A stretch of 62,064 nt of DNA, filler included, from Desulfonatronovibrionaceae bacterium (lineage in GTDB: Bacteria; Desulfobacterota; Desulfovibrionia; Desulfovibrionales; Desulfonatronovibrionaceae), in assembly GCA_046539845.1 (NCBI GenBank). It is 5 parts of 5 records of this genome, joined end to end, with 100 filler letters (N's around TTAATTAATTAA, not from the genome) between each part and the next. Parts side by side here need not be neighbours in the genome. Positions count along the whole stretch, not along the records: positions 25,887 to 38,562 come from JBKHGE010000057.1; positions 38,663 to 50,631 come from JBKHGE010000058.1; 3 more parts are not named here. One strand, given 5' to 3'. The notes beneath the pieces are model-generated. The model made no database searches, had not been told where the DNA came from, and worked only from the letters and a program-made list of their open reading frames with translations. The position numbers and the translations under genes were made by a program. Shown here in pieces: positions 38,130 to 47,784 of the stretch; position 1 is the first letter of the stretch; the number at the start of each line of letters is the position of its first letter.

Positions 38130-38513
38130 ATGGATACCAATACCATAGGTAAAGATATAGTTCACTGTGCAATCAAGGTACATTCCACGCTTGGACCGGG
38201 TTTGCTGGAAACAGCATATCAAAAATGTCTGACCTGGGAACTTGAACAGATGGGTCATGCTGTTGAATGTGAACTGGATTTGCCTGTCAAATATGGACCA
38301 ATAACCCTAGAGGCCGGGTATCGTCTGGACATGCTGGTTGACGGCTGCGTGATTGTTGAAAACAAGACAGTTGATTCCTTGCTGCCAATCCATGAAGCCC
38401 AACTGCTCACCTATATGAAAATGAAAAAAGTAAATCTGGGATATCTCTTGAACTGGCACGTGCCTTTGATGAAGCAGGGGATAAAACGCATGATCCTAGC
38501 AAGAGATCATTGA
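38130..38513 (+). CDS. GxxExxY family protein (PD-(D/E)XK-like fold)
   Basis: 127 aa; HSTLGPGLLETAY (GxxExxY), RLDMLV...VIVENK and HEAQLLTYMK...GYLLN. Confidence 0.92.
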   Translation: MDTNTIGKDIVHCAIKVHSTLGPGLLETAYQKCLTWELEQMGHAVECELDLPVKYGPITLEAGYRLDMLVDGCVIVENKTVDSLLPIHEAQLLTYMKMKKVNLGYLLNWHVPLMKQGIKRMILARDH

Positions 38514-38562
38514 ACCGCCCGCTTCGCTCAAGGCTCGGAGGACGCCAAGGAAGAATATTTCC
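38508..38562 (+). repeat. GxxExxY-associated repeat, downstream copy cut by the contig end
   Basis: 55/55 identity to 37994-38048; contains the gene's TGA stop. Confidence 0.9.
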
Positions 38563-38662
38563 NNNNNNNNNNNNNNNNNNNNNNNNNNNNNNNNNNNNNN
38601 NNNNNNTTAATTAATTAANNNNNNNNNNNNNNNNNNNNNNNNNNNNNNNNNNNNNNNNNNNN
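38563..38662. other. Artificial contig linker
   Basis: N44-TTAATTAATTAA-N44. Confidence 0.98.
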
Positions 38663-39099
38663 TCCAGGGCGCGGTTTTGACCTTCCGCGACGTGGATGCC
38701 CAGAAAAAGGCCCAGGAAAACCTGCAAGAGCTGAACTCCCAGCTGGAGTCCGCCTGGCAGCTGACCCGAAGGGCTTTTGACCTGAATGATACAGCCCTGG
38801 CTGTCCTGGATACCCAGGCCAAGGTGCTGCTGGCCAACTCAGCCTTGGCTTTGCTGCTCAGCGCATCAGAAAAGGATCTCCAGGGCAGGGACTTCCCGGG
38901 ACTTATTCTGGGGGATGAAAAGCAAAGTGAACTGGGAGCCAAGCTGCGGGGCGCTCTGCAGCAGGGACAAGATTTTAAGGGCCTGGAATTTGATCTGGAT
39001 CTCCCCCAGGGGAAAAAGACCCTGGAGATCCAGGGCCTGGCTGTGGAACTGAGAAATGAACAGCCCGGGCATATATTGTTGCGAATGATCGAAAAATAA
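38663..39099 (+). CDS. 3' fragment of a PAS-containing signalling protein (possibly the tail of a CheB/CheR-PAS fusion)
   Basis: GAVLTFRDVD PAC end, coiled coil and a second PAS (LAVLD...VLLAN); truncated by the contig start. Confidence 0.6.
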
Positions 39100-39154
39100 G
39101 GGCAAAAGCGCTGGGCCATGGTTCAGACTTTGTCGAGCCCAGGGAGGGCAAAAC

Positions 39155-41293
39155 ATGCAGGACGACTCCCGGTATCCGAAATTCGAGTCCTTGCGCCGTC
39201 AGGCAGAAAGCCTGCTGCAGCACCAGGATGTGGATACCTCCGGGTATCCGGAGGATATGCTGGGGCTCATTGAAGAACTCAAGGTGTATCAGACTGAACT
39301 GGAGGTACAAAACGAAGAACTGAGAAGGGCGCAAGAGGAGCTCCGGATCCTGGAGCAGGAGTATGAAGAATTATATGAGTTCGCGCCCTGTGGTTATATC
39401 ACCCTGGATGCCAAGGGGATTGTCACCCGGAGCAATCTGACCGGGGTCAGCCTTTTAAACGACACCCGCAGTGGTTTGTTCTACTCCGGCCTGAGCCGGT
39501 TCTTAGCCCCGGATTCCAGGAACGACTTCCACCGGCTTTTGCAAGAATCCAAGCAAGGGCCGGCCAGGGCTGAGCTCCGGCTTTTGCATGACCGGGAATC
39601 CTGCATCCGGATGGAGGCCGAGGCCAAGCTGGACCGGGAAGGGCAAGTCCAACAATATCGGGTCATCCTGCACGATATCTCCCAGAGAAAAAAGGCGGAG
39701 ACCAAGCTGCAAAACGCCTTGGCGGAGCTCTCTGTCATCCACGAAAACGCCCCGCTGCTGATGCTGCTGGTGGATGAGGACAGACGGCTACAAAGGGTGA
39801 ACAATGCGGCAGCAGAATTTGCGGGCCGAAATCCGGATGCACTGCTGGGGCTTAGGGGCGGGGAGGCCCTGCGCTGCCTGCATCATTTGGATGATCCCCG
39901 GGGCTGCGGATTTGGGGAGGCCTGCCAGTCCTGCCAAGTGCGGCAAAAAGTGCTGCAGACCTTTTCGGACGGTAAAAACAGAAAGAATATAGAGGCCTGG
40001 CTGCCGTTTTCCAGGGATGGGGAACTCATCAGGAGGTGTCTGTTGCTTAGCACCAGCTATCTGGAAGTGGCCGGCCAGCCCAGGGTATTGGTCTGCCTGC
40101 AGGACATCAGCAGCATTAAGGAAGTGGAACAGGCCCTGCAGCAGGCCAAGGAACAGGCGGAGGCCGCCAACAGGGCCAAAAGCGCCTTTCTGGCCAATAT
40201 GAGCCACGAGATCCGGACGCCTCTAAACGGCGTCATGGGCATGATGCAGCTATTGGAGGGAACCAGCCTGGACCAGGAGCAGGAAGAGTACGTGCAGGAC
40301 GCGGGCAATGCGGCCAGACGTCTGACCAACCTGCTCTCGGATATCCTGGATCTTTCCAAGATAGAGGCAGGCAAGCTGGAGATCCAGGCTGCGGAGTTTA
40401 GCCCCAGGGAACTGTGCGAGTCTGTGCGGGACCTGTTTCAGCTCCAGGCCCGGGGAAAGGGCCTGGAGCAGGATTTTTACCTGCATCCGGATCTGCCCCT
40501 GAACCTGATTGGGGACGAGAAGCGGTTGCAGCAGATTTTGTTCAACCTGGTGGGCAACTCCCTGAAGTGCACCAAGCAGGGCCGGATCAGCATACAGGCT
40601 TCTCCCCTGCCTCCGGCCAAAGAGACAGACGACCTCAGGGTCATGTTCAGCGTCGCGGATACCGGGGAGGGCATACCTGAAGACAAACTGCAGCTGATGT
40701 TCGAGCCCTATGAGCAGGCGGACAATTCATTTTCCCGCCAGTACCAGGGCGCGGGTTTGGGCCTGTCCATAGTGCGCAGGCTGGTGAAGTTGATGCGGGG
40801 CAATATATCCATTGAGAGCGCTCCCGGGGAAGGGACAACCGTGCATGTGGTTCTGCCCTTTACTCTGCCTGCCGGATGCAGTGAAAGGCAGCAAGAGGAG
40901 CCGCCTGGACTTAGAGGCGGACAAAGCCTGCGCATCCTGGTGGCTGAAGACCACCCCTCCAACCAGCTCTTCATTCAAAAACTCCTGGAAAGGGAAGGGC
41001 ATCAGGTGAGCCTGGCCAAGGACGGCGGGCAGGTCTTGGACCTGCTTGGCGGGCAGGAATTCGATTGCGTGCTTATGGACGTGCAGATGCCGATTATGGA
41101 CGGGCTGGAGGCCACGCGGCGAATCAGGACTTGTGATGCCGAATTCAAGGATGTGCCCGTTATCGCTTTAACTGCGCACGCCATGAGCGGGGATCGGGAG
41201 AAATTCCTGGAGGCCGGCATGGACGATTACCTGCCCAAGCCGGTGGAAAAGAAGAAGCTGCTGGCTGCGCTGGAGAAAAATGTGCCCGGCTAA
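39155..41293 (+). CDS. PAS-PAS hybrid histidine kinase
   Basis: ELEVQNEELR coil, two PAS domains, FLANMSHEIRTPL, GAGLGL and REC LMDVQMP. Confidence 0.92.
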   Translation: MQDDSRYPKFESLRRQAESLLQHQDVDTSGYPEDMLGLIEELKVYQTELEVQNEELRRAQEELRILEQEYEELYEFAPCGYITLDAKGIVTRSNLTGVSLLNDTRSGLFYSGLSRFLAPDSRNDFHRLLQESKQGPARAELRLLHDRESCIRMEAEAKLDREGQVQQYRVILHDISQRKKAETKLQNALAELSVIHENAPLLMLLVDEDRRLQRVNNAAAEFAGRNPDALLGLRGGEALRCLHHLDDPRGCGFGEACQSCQVRQKVLQTFSDGKNRKNIEAWLPFSRDGELIRRCLLLSTSYLEVAGQPRVLVCLQDISSIKEVEQALQQAKEQAEAANRAKSAFLANMSHEIRTPLNGVMGMMQLLEGTSLDQEQEEYVQDAGNAARRLTNLLSDILDLSKIEAGKLEIQAAEFSPRELCESVRDLFQLQARGKGLEQDFYLHPDLPLNLIGDEKRLQQILFNLVGNSLKCTKQGRISIQASPLPPAKETDDLRVMFSVADTGEGIPEDKLQLMFEPYEQADNSFSRQYQGAGLGLSIVRRLVKLMRGNISIESAPGEGTTVHVVLPFTLPAGCSERQQEEPPGLRGGQSLRILVAEDHPSNQLFIQKLLEREGHQVSLAKDGGQVLDLLGGQEFDCVLMDVQMPIMDGLEATRRIRTCDAEFKDVPVIALTAHAMSGDREKFLEAGMDDYLPKPVEKKKLLAALEKNVPG

Positions 41294-41645
41294 AAGATGA
41301 ATATAACCAGTGAATCGGCGTAAAGGAAATGCCCCAGCTCGTCCCCGCACCAGACCTGGACCGGCTCCCGGGCATTGAGGACTCTGATCTTGAACACCAC
41401 CAACCCACAGTGCTCAGGAGAAGATACAATTTGGAATACTTCAAAACCTTTGCAAAAGAGGCCATGAACTGGCATAATTAATAATGCGGGCGCCGAGGTA
41501 TTCAGGCAGTTTGGGGCCCTATCCGGCCTTGCCCCACCTGGTTTTGTCCACTTTTTGATAACACTGCGAGATGAAAATGAAGCAGCCAAAAGATTTGGGC
41601 CGCTATATGCGACCCACCAGATTTACCCTGCCAGCGTAAGACGCC

Positions 41646-42740
41646 ATGCAACCGATCAAATCCTGGTTTGAAAGACATCTCAACAATCCCCAGGTGGTTC
41701 TCCTCACAGTCATCCTTTTGGGCGGGTTCGGAGTTATCTATTTCCTAGGCAGGATGCTGGTGCCCTTTTTTGCCGGCCTGATCATCGCCTATCTCCTGGA
41801 GGGGATAGTCAAACAGCTGACTAAAAGGGGCGTTCCCAGGTCTGTAGGGGTTACCCTCGCATTTCTGCTGTTCATGCTTCTTTTGGTATTCACAATTTTC
41901 TGGGTGATCCCGCAGCTGGTCAAACAGATTACCCAGCTTGTTCAACAACTGCCGAGCATGATCAGCTCAGCCCAGGTCCTGCTATTGCAGCTGCCTGAGC
42001 GTTATCCCAAATTCATCTCTGAAGGACAGGTCCACGAGATCTTTTCCGTCATCCGCGGCGAGGTCAGCAATCTGGCTCACAACATCTTGTCCATCTCCGT
42101 GGCTTCGGTCATGGGACTGATCACCCTCTTGGTCTACCTGGTCATTGTTCCTATGCTGGTCCTCTTTTTTCTCAAGGACAAAGAAAAGATCATGGACTGG
42201 TTTTCCGGTTTCCTGCCCCGGGACCGTTCCATGGCCGTGCAGGTTTGGGATTATGTGAACATCCAAATCACCAACTACATCCGCGGCAAAACCTGGGAGA
42301 TCATCATCGTCTGGATCGGGACCTTTCTTGTCTTCTCTTTGCTCAAACTCCAGTATGCTATGCTCCTGGGAGCGATTGTCGGATTCTCTGTGCTCATTCC
42401 CTATATTGGCGCGGCAGTGGCCACCCTTCCCATAGCCATGGTCGCCTATTTCCAGTGGGGGATAGGCCCTGAGCTGGCTTGGGTGCTGTTTGCCTACACC
42501 GTCATTCAGATACTGGACGCCAATGTGCTGGTAACCCTGCTTCTGGCCGAGGTGGTAAACATCCATCCGGTGGCGGTTATTGCGGCCATCCTGATTTTTG
42601 GCGGCCTGTGGGGTTTCTGGGGCGTTTTTTTCGCCATCCCCCTGGCCACGCTAGTCCAGGCCATAATCCAAGCCTGGCCGGGGCAAAAGGATGAAGACCG
42701 GGGGGAGGGCGAAAATAAGCAGGTCCAGGCTGAAGCCTGA
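41646..42740 (+). CDS. AI-2E/PerM family transporter
   Basis: AYLL, FFLKD, NYIRGK, LIPYIGA and IHPVAVI...GGLWGFWGVFFAIP motifs. Confidence 0.9.
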   Translation: MQPIKSWFERHLNNPQVVLLTVILLGGFGVIYFLGRMLVPFFAGLIIAYLLEGIVKQLTKRGVPRSVGVTLAFLLFMLLLVFTIFWVIPQLVKQITQLVQQLPSMISSAQVLLLQLPERYPKFISEGQVHEIFSVIRGEVSNLAHNILSISVASVMGLITLLVYLVIVPMLVLFFLKDKEKIMDWFSGFLPRDRSMAVQVWDYVNIQITNYIRGKTWEIIIVWIGTFLVFSLLKLQYAMLLGAIVGFSVLIPYIGAAVATLPIAMVAYFQWGIGPELAWVLFAYTVIQILDANVLVTLLLAEVVNIHPVAVIAAILIFGGLWGFWGVFFAIPLATLVQAIIQAWPGQKDEDRGEGENKQVQAEA

Positions 42741-42815
42741 GGGCAAGACTGGATTAACAGCCCATAATCAAGCAAGGCGGGAAACCATTGCTTAACTTCC
42801 ATAGCGGATAAAAAT

Positions 42816-43709
42816 TCAGCCCCCCGGTTTCGGGGTTTTTTTATCCGTCCCGGATATCCCCGCCCCCAGGACAATACTCAAAGCAGCCACTCCCAATGGC
42901 CATTCTACCTGAGCATTACCGAGCACAATCAAAATAAGCGTGGACAAAACCGGAGTGACATAAGACAAAGAACCGATAACCCCCGGCGGCCCCAGCCGCA
43001 CTCCGAAACTCCAGGCCATAAACGCCGCCCCGTAGGGCCCGCAGCCGATCCCCAGCGCGGCGACAAGCACGGGGGCACCTACACTAACAACAGTTTGCTC
43101 CCACAAGAGATGCAGGAAAAAGCCCACCAAAGCGGCGGCCGCGAATATCCAGGGAAAGGCCGGGATGCTCACTTCGCTGTACCTGCGCATTGTAAGCGAA
43201 TACAGCACCCAAGACGCTCCGGCGGCCATCCCAGACAGGTACCCGGGGAGATGGGCAAAAGGAATATGCATATCCGAACCTCCTAAGATTAGTAGGCTCG
43301 CCCCGGCAAAGGCTATGCCTGATCCAAGCAGGGTTTCCGCATGCAAAGGTTCTCTGTCAACCACCTCCGCGCTTAAAGCGAATAGCAACGGCCAAGTATA
43401 GGTTATTAGGGCCACTTCGGCGGCCGGAGCCTTGACCAAGGCCAAAAAATAGAAAAAAAGCGCCCCGACCAGCCCACCAACCGAGCCCAGCCAAGCGGGT
43501 GCCGGCAGCTTGATATGCCCCAGCGGACGCACTCCTTTCGGCAGCCAGGACAGAGTACTCATGCAGGCAGCCACTCCAAGAGACATGACCGCCAGCTGCA
43601 TCGGCGGTATCAAGGCAGTGGCTTGGCGCAATACAGGCAGCAGGGACCAGAGAACAACCGCAAACAAACCGCAGGTAATCCCTTTTATTTCCGGTGTATT
43701 TCCAAGCAT
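42816..43709 (-). CDS. DMT/EamA family exporter
   Basis: About 10 TM in two repeats; LITYTWP and LSYVTPVLST motifs; GAGGAG RBS before ATG 43709. Confidence 0.85.
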   Translation of the reverse strand: MLGNTPEIKGITCGLFAVVLWSLLPVLRQATALIPPMQLAVMSLGVAACMSTLSWLPKGVRPLGHIKLPAPAWLGSVGGLVGALFFYFLALVKAPAAEVALITYTWPLLFALSAEVVDREPLHAETLLGSGIAFAGASLLILGGSDMHIPFAHLPGYLSGMAAGASWVLYSLTMRRYSEVSIPAFPWIFAAAALVGFFLHLLWEQTVVSVGAPVLVAALGIGCGPYGAAFMAWSFGVRLGPPGVIGSLSYVTPVLSTLILIVLGNAQVEWPLGVAALSIVLGAGISGTDKKTPKPGG

Positions 43710-43756
43710 ATATACTCCTCTGAAATCAAACAGGACCATAACCTTTTCAGAGGATT

Positions 43757-43821
43757 AATCTAATTCATTACCTTGAGCAGACAAACGAAATCTCATGATA
43801 GCAACTATCAACATTTGTTAT
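43757..43821 (-). promoter_or_regulatory. LysR-type operator plus sigma70-like promoter for the EamA gene
   Basis: Minus strand reads ATAACAAATGTTGAT (T-N11-A dyad), 7 nt, a second ATC half-site, then TTGTCT-N16-TAGATT. The palindrome TGATAG-N3-CTATCA lies at 43796-43810. Confidence 0.5.
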
Positions 43822-44030
43822 CGATGCTAAAATAGGGGACATCCTGTCTTAACCTGTTGCAGACTCTGGGATGATTGATGAAGGAGGCTGACCATGAGCC
43901 CGGCCAGGTTATCGAACCGAGTCTGACCGGAAACAGTTATGAATACAGACGGGCTTGTTCCGAGGGCAGGATTTAAACACCCCTCGACAAGCGGTCAAAG
44001 GCAGGAGGAAGGCAAGAACCGGTGAGGTTA

Positions 44031-44768
44031 TCAGAGTTTGGTCCGTTTGAACACAAATTCCGGTAGATGGATTATGATACACATGATAAGGCGCCATACC
44101 GGCTTTATATAAACGGTGTCCTTCTTTTTTTTCACCGCTGTGACTATCCGGTCCCCGACCTCAGAGGGCTGAGCGGTCAACCTCTCCGGCAGGTCCAGCC
44201 CGGCGGTCATCTTGGTGGCCGCGAACCCGGGCTTGACCGTGGTCACACTTACTCCGGACCGAAACAGCCTGTGCCTCAGGCCGGAGAGATACGCGGACAG
44301 GCCGGCCTTGGCGCTGCCGTATATGTAATTGCTCTGCCGGCCGCGGTCCCCGGCCACTGAGGAAATGCCCACTATAAAGCCGCTTTTTTTACGCTCAAAA
44401 GCCGCGGCCACCACCTCCAGGATGCTAACGGCCCCCGTGTAATTGGTATCTATGATCCTCTGGGCCAGGAAGAAATCACTTTGCGCCTGCTGCTGATCAC
44501 CCAGGAGCCCGAAGGCCAGCACAACCCCGGCAGGGCAAGGATTTAACCCGGCAAAAAATCCGGGATGCGATCCGGTGTCCAGGGCGTCGAAATGCAGGGA
44601 GCTGGCCTGGATTCCGTATTTAAGACCCAAGTGAGCGGCTTCCTTGTCCAGCTCCTGCGTGTCCCTGGAAGCCAGATAGATATTATATCCATCCCGGGCA
44701 AAGCTGCGGGCGGCAGCCTTGGCCATATCGCTATTCGCTCCGAGGATGAGCACCCATTTCTGTTTCAT
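44031..44768 (-). CDS. dprE2: DprE2-like SDR (polyprenyl-phospho-keto-pentose reductase)
   Basis: GANSDMA, ISSVAGDRGR.SNYIYGSAKAG and VKPGF..TKMT; coupled to the dprE1-like gene. Confidence 0.8.
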   Translation of the reverse strand: MKQKWVLILGANSDMAKAAARSFARDGYNIYLASRDTQELDKEAAHLGLKYGIQASSLHFDALDTGSHPGFFAGLNPCPAGVVLAFGLLGDQQQAQSDFFLAQRIIDTNYTGAVSILEVVAAAFERKKSGFIVGISSVAGDRGRQSNYIYGSAKAGLSAYLSGLRHRLFRSGVSVTTVKPGFAATKMTAGLDLPERLTAQPSEVGDRIVTAVKKKKDTVYIKPVWRLIMCIIIHLPEFVFKRTKL

Positions 44769-46063
44769 AGACCAAGCCTTCTTGACTGTATGGATTCAAA
44801 TTTTTCCTGCAAGCCGTACTCCTTTCTAAGGGAGCAAAACTCCGGCAGGCAGGGGTAGCCCTGCTCAAACGCCTCCCTGCTTACCCGGGCATCCTTGGCC
44901 AAGTACATCCGGCCTCCGTGCTCGAGGACAATCTCATCCAGCCGGTCCAAAAAAGCAAAGAGCCCGGGCTGCATCTTAAAGTCCAGGGCCAGGCTGTATC
45001 CCTCCATGGGGAAGGACAAATAATTGTCATTGGCCGGACCGTGCAGCTTGAGCACGGCCAAAAAGCTGCCCATCCCGCATTCTGAGGTCTTTTTAAGGAT
45101 CTTTTCCAAACCGGAGTAGCTTTGTCTTTTGGGCAGGATGAACTGGTACTGGACAAATCCCCGACGGCCGTAAATCCGGTTCCAGTGATTGATTGCGTCC
45201 AGGGGGTAAAAAAAGGAGTCCACATTCGTAAAGTTCAGGCTTATCCGGGAGCGGACCCGAGCGTAATACAGGGAGTTAAACACTCGCACACTGTGTTTAT
45301 TGAGCACAAACCCCGGGAAATTGCACGGTACGCTCCGCATCTTGGCCGGAGTATAATCAAATCCGCCCATATCCACGAACTTGCCCACCATAAGCAATGC
45401 TCTCCCCAGCGACCGTTTCGAGGCCAGGCAATCTATCCAGGCCACGGAATAAGGCCAGTCCCGGTATTCTTCAAAGGCCTCAAACGTGTCCATAAGCGAA
45501 GCGGTCTTGATTGTGCCCTGCTCAATGACCGAAGAACGCACCCGCTCTAGATAAAAACTGACCTCCAGAATGACCCCGGTCAGTCCCATCCCCCCGCAGG
45601 TGGCTAAGAAGAGGCGCCTATTTTCCTCCCTGGAGCAGTGCACAATCCGTCCGTCTCCGAGCATCAGCCTGAGACTGTGCACTGTATCTCCAAAACAGCC
45701 GGCAACGTGGTGATTCTTGCCGTGCACATCAGCGGCCGCCGCTCCGCCGACAGTGATGAGCTTGGTCCCGGGCGTGACCTTTAGAAACCAGCCCCTAGGG
45801 AGAAAGGTCTCGACTATCTCGGACAAAAGCACCCCGGCCTCACAGGTCAAAAGCCCGGTTTCCGGGTCAAAGGAGAGCATGCGGTCCCGGGGCCTGACCG
45901 GTATATAAAGCCCGGCCAGGGCGCTGTCCCCGTAGCTGCGCCCGTTGCCGAAGGGTATAGCCGGCCCCTGCGAGCCCAGGGAGCGGGCAAGCGAACGCTC
46001 ATCGGCAAAAACAAGCGGTTTGGCCTCAATTACCGGGTATTGACCCCATCCGGAAAGGCGCAT
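44765..46063 (-). CDS. dprE1: DprE1-like FAD oxidase (polyprenyl-phospho-ribose 2'-oxidase)
   Basis: GNGRSYGD, VTPGTK.ITVGG..A.DVHGKNHH, YSVAWID, WNRIYG..GF.QYQ and YLAKD motifs. Confidence 0.85.
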   Translation of the reverse strand: MRLSGWGQYPVIEAKPLVFADERSLARSLGSQGPAIPFGNGRSYGDSALAGLYIPVRPRDRMLSFDPETGLLTCEAGVLLSEIVETFLPRGWFLKVTPGTKLITVGGAAAADVHGKNHHVAGCFGDTVHSLRLMLGDGRIVHCSREENRRLFLATCGGMGLTGVILEVSFYLERVRSSVIEQGTIKTASLMDTFEAFEEYRDWPYSVAWIDCLASKRSLGRALLMVGKFVDMGGFDYTPAKMRSVPCNFPGFVLNKHSVRVFNSLYYARVRSRISLNFTNVDSFFYPLDAINHWNRIYGRRGFVQYQFILPKRQSYSGLEKILKKTSECGMGSFLAVLKLHGPANDNYLSFPMEGYSLALDFKMQPGLFAFLDRLDEIVLEHGGRMYLAKDARVSREAFEQGYPCLPEFCSLRKEYGLQEKFESIQSRRLGL

Positions 46064-46458
46064 CTTTTAGTCCTAAATACCAAGTGTTTGTCCAAAAAAT
46101 ATTTACAGGTATAACCGACTGCAAGCCCCAGGGTCCCACCTGCATACTGGGCCCCTCTGAAATCGAAAAAATAGAAAAAAACCGCTTCCGTGCCCCAGAA
46201 GATCGCGGTGGTCAAGACTCCCATCAGGCTGTAGAGACTGAACCGGACTGCGTCCTCCTGCCTGCTGCGGGCTCGATAGTAAAATATCCAGCGCTTATCC
46301 AGAATATATTTGCTCACCAGCCCGGTCAGGGTACCCGCTGCGAGCGCGGCGTAAAGCACCCACGGGCCGCGAAAAAAATGAAAAAACGGCCACTGTGAGG
46401 CCAGGTTCACGCCTACCGCGATCAGGGCGAACACATAATAGAGAAAAATTCTGGGCAT
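46030..46458 (-). CDS. GtrA family polyprenyl-sugar flippase
   Basis: 142 aa with 4 TM, KY.LDK..(I/V)F present twice, and F.LYS.MGV.TT.IFWG.E. Confidence 0.85.
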   Translation of the reverse strand: MPRIFLYYVFALIAVGVNLASQWPFFHFFRGPWVLYAALAAGTLTGLVSKYILDKRWIFYYRARSRQEDAVRFSLYSLMGVLTTAIFWGTEAVFFYFFDFRGAQYAGGTLGLAVGYTCKYFLDKHLVFRTKRCAFPDGVNTR

Positions 46459-46548
46459 CTAATCCAGTTTACCGGGTCAAAGATTATGGAAGTTGCTGCT
46501 TTCACGGCCCTCAGGCCCGTGGCGGATCCCAGCCGTATCTCCCGTGGA

Positions 46549-47424
46549 TCACTGCACATAGAATATCCAGACAAAGCTACCTACCCATCCGGCCAGAGTA
46601 GCCTGAATGAAGAAATCCTTGAGCAGAACCTTTGTCGGGCTGCCGGTTTTGTTTTCCACAAAAGCCATCTGCATGTAACGCAAAATGCCCAGAACCACAA
46701 AGATAGCGGTCAAAAAAAGGTTGCTGCTCGAAAGCCTGGCGACGGTGGACGGGGAAATAGACCACAAAATATAGGCCAAAATCACTATGGATGCGGTCAA
46801 GACCATAGCCGAATCAAGGAACTTGAGATTGTACCCGTCCACGACCCTGCGGGTCTGATGCTTTTTGTCCTCGAATATGAGCACATCGTCGCGTCTTTTG
46901 GCCAGAGCCAGAAACAGGGCCAAAAGGAAAGTCATGACTATGATCCAGTGTGAAAGCGACACTCCGGTAGCCTGGGCCCCGACAAAAAGCCGGAGGACAA
47001 AACCGATGGAGACAAAGACCACGTCCAGGATGGGGCGGTGCTTGACCCGCAGGGTATAAGCGATATTCAGAAGTAAATACCCGGCAATAAAGGGCAAGAT
47101 CTCCGGTATTGCCAGGTACCCGAGAAGCAACCCCGCAAGCAGAAAAAAAGACAGACAGATAAAGGCCTGCAGCTGGGTTACCCGGCCGGAGGCGATCGGT
47201 CGGCGGTGCTTTTCCGGATGGACCCGGTCCTCGTCCCGGTCGTACCAGTCGTTGAATATATAGATAGAGCTGGCAACCAAAGAAAAGACCGCAAAGGCGA
47301 CGCATGCATCCAGAAACACCGCCGGCTCATGGAGCCGGAAGGCAAAAAAGCCGGGCAAAAAGACAAACAGATTTTTTACATACTGGTGAGTGCGGACCAG
47401 CTCGAGCACGTCCTTACAGTTCAT
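46549..47424 (-). CDS. UbiA-family polyprenyl-phosphate 5-phosphoribosyltransferase (DPPR synthase-like)
   Basis: R.HQYVKN..VF, YIFND..D...DR.HPEK..RPIASG, GFVLR and LAKRRDD motifs. Confidence 0.85.
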   Translation of the reverse strand: MNCKDVLELVRTHQYVKNLFVFLPGFFAFRLHEPAVFLDACVAFAVFSLVASSIYIFNDWYDRDEDRVHPEKHRRPIASGRVTQLQAFICLSFFLLAGLLLGYLAIPEILPFIAGYLLLNIAYTLRVKHRPILDVVFVSIGFVLRLFVGAQATGVSLSHWIIVMTFLLALFLALAKRRDDVLIFEDKKHQTRRVVDGYNLKFLDSAMVLTASIVILAYILWSISPSTVARLSSSNLFLTAIFVVLGILRYMQMAFVENKTGSPTKVLLKDFFIQATLAGWVGSFVWIFYVQ

Positions 47425-47692
47425 AATACAGACCCTGCGGCAAGCGGATTAAAATTTAACTGTTGTTGAAAGCAAAGCGGGGTAGTTGCAAAAAATCAGC
47501 CATTCAGGTCAGATTGCTTCGGGCTTAGCTCTACAGCCCCTGCAAAACATACTCCGTTTCCAGTGCGGCCGCCTGCAAGACGCACATGGGTGTCAGTTCT
47601 AACGGCCCGGAAACAATTCAGACTTCCAGACAGTAAATGGGCTGACCACCTTGCTGGGGCAATGCGGCACACCTGTTTTTCTTCGGGCGTTT

Positions 47693-47721
47693 TTGACACA
47701 TGGGTCATTAATAAACATAAT
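47693..47721 (+). promoter_or_regulatory. Sigma70-like promoter for the GT-C gene
   Basis: TTGACA-N17-CATAAT. Confidence 0.5.
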
Positions 47722-47784
47722 TCATCCCCAAGGGTGGAATATACAACGGCTATATGCGCCTTTTCTGGGGGATAGCAGCCCAAA

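Noticed and set aside
37871..38562. Repeats considered as a CRISPR array or integron attC sites
   Set aside because: Too few units, irregular spacing, no cas or integrase gene, and no clear attC core-site pair.
41329..41481. 50-codon ORF after the hybrid kinase
   Set aside because: RBS spacing is poor and no motif is recognisable; cannot be supported without homologs.
47425..47690. Intergenic region examined for a c-di-GMP or other riboswitch
   Set aside because: No recognisable consensus found by eye.
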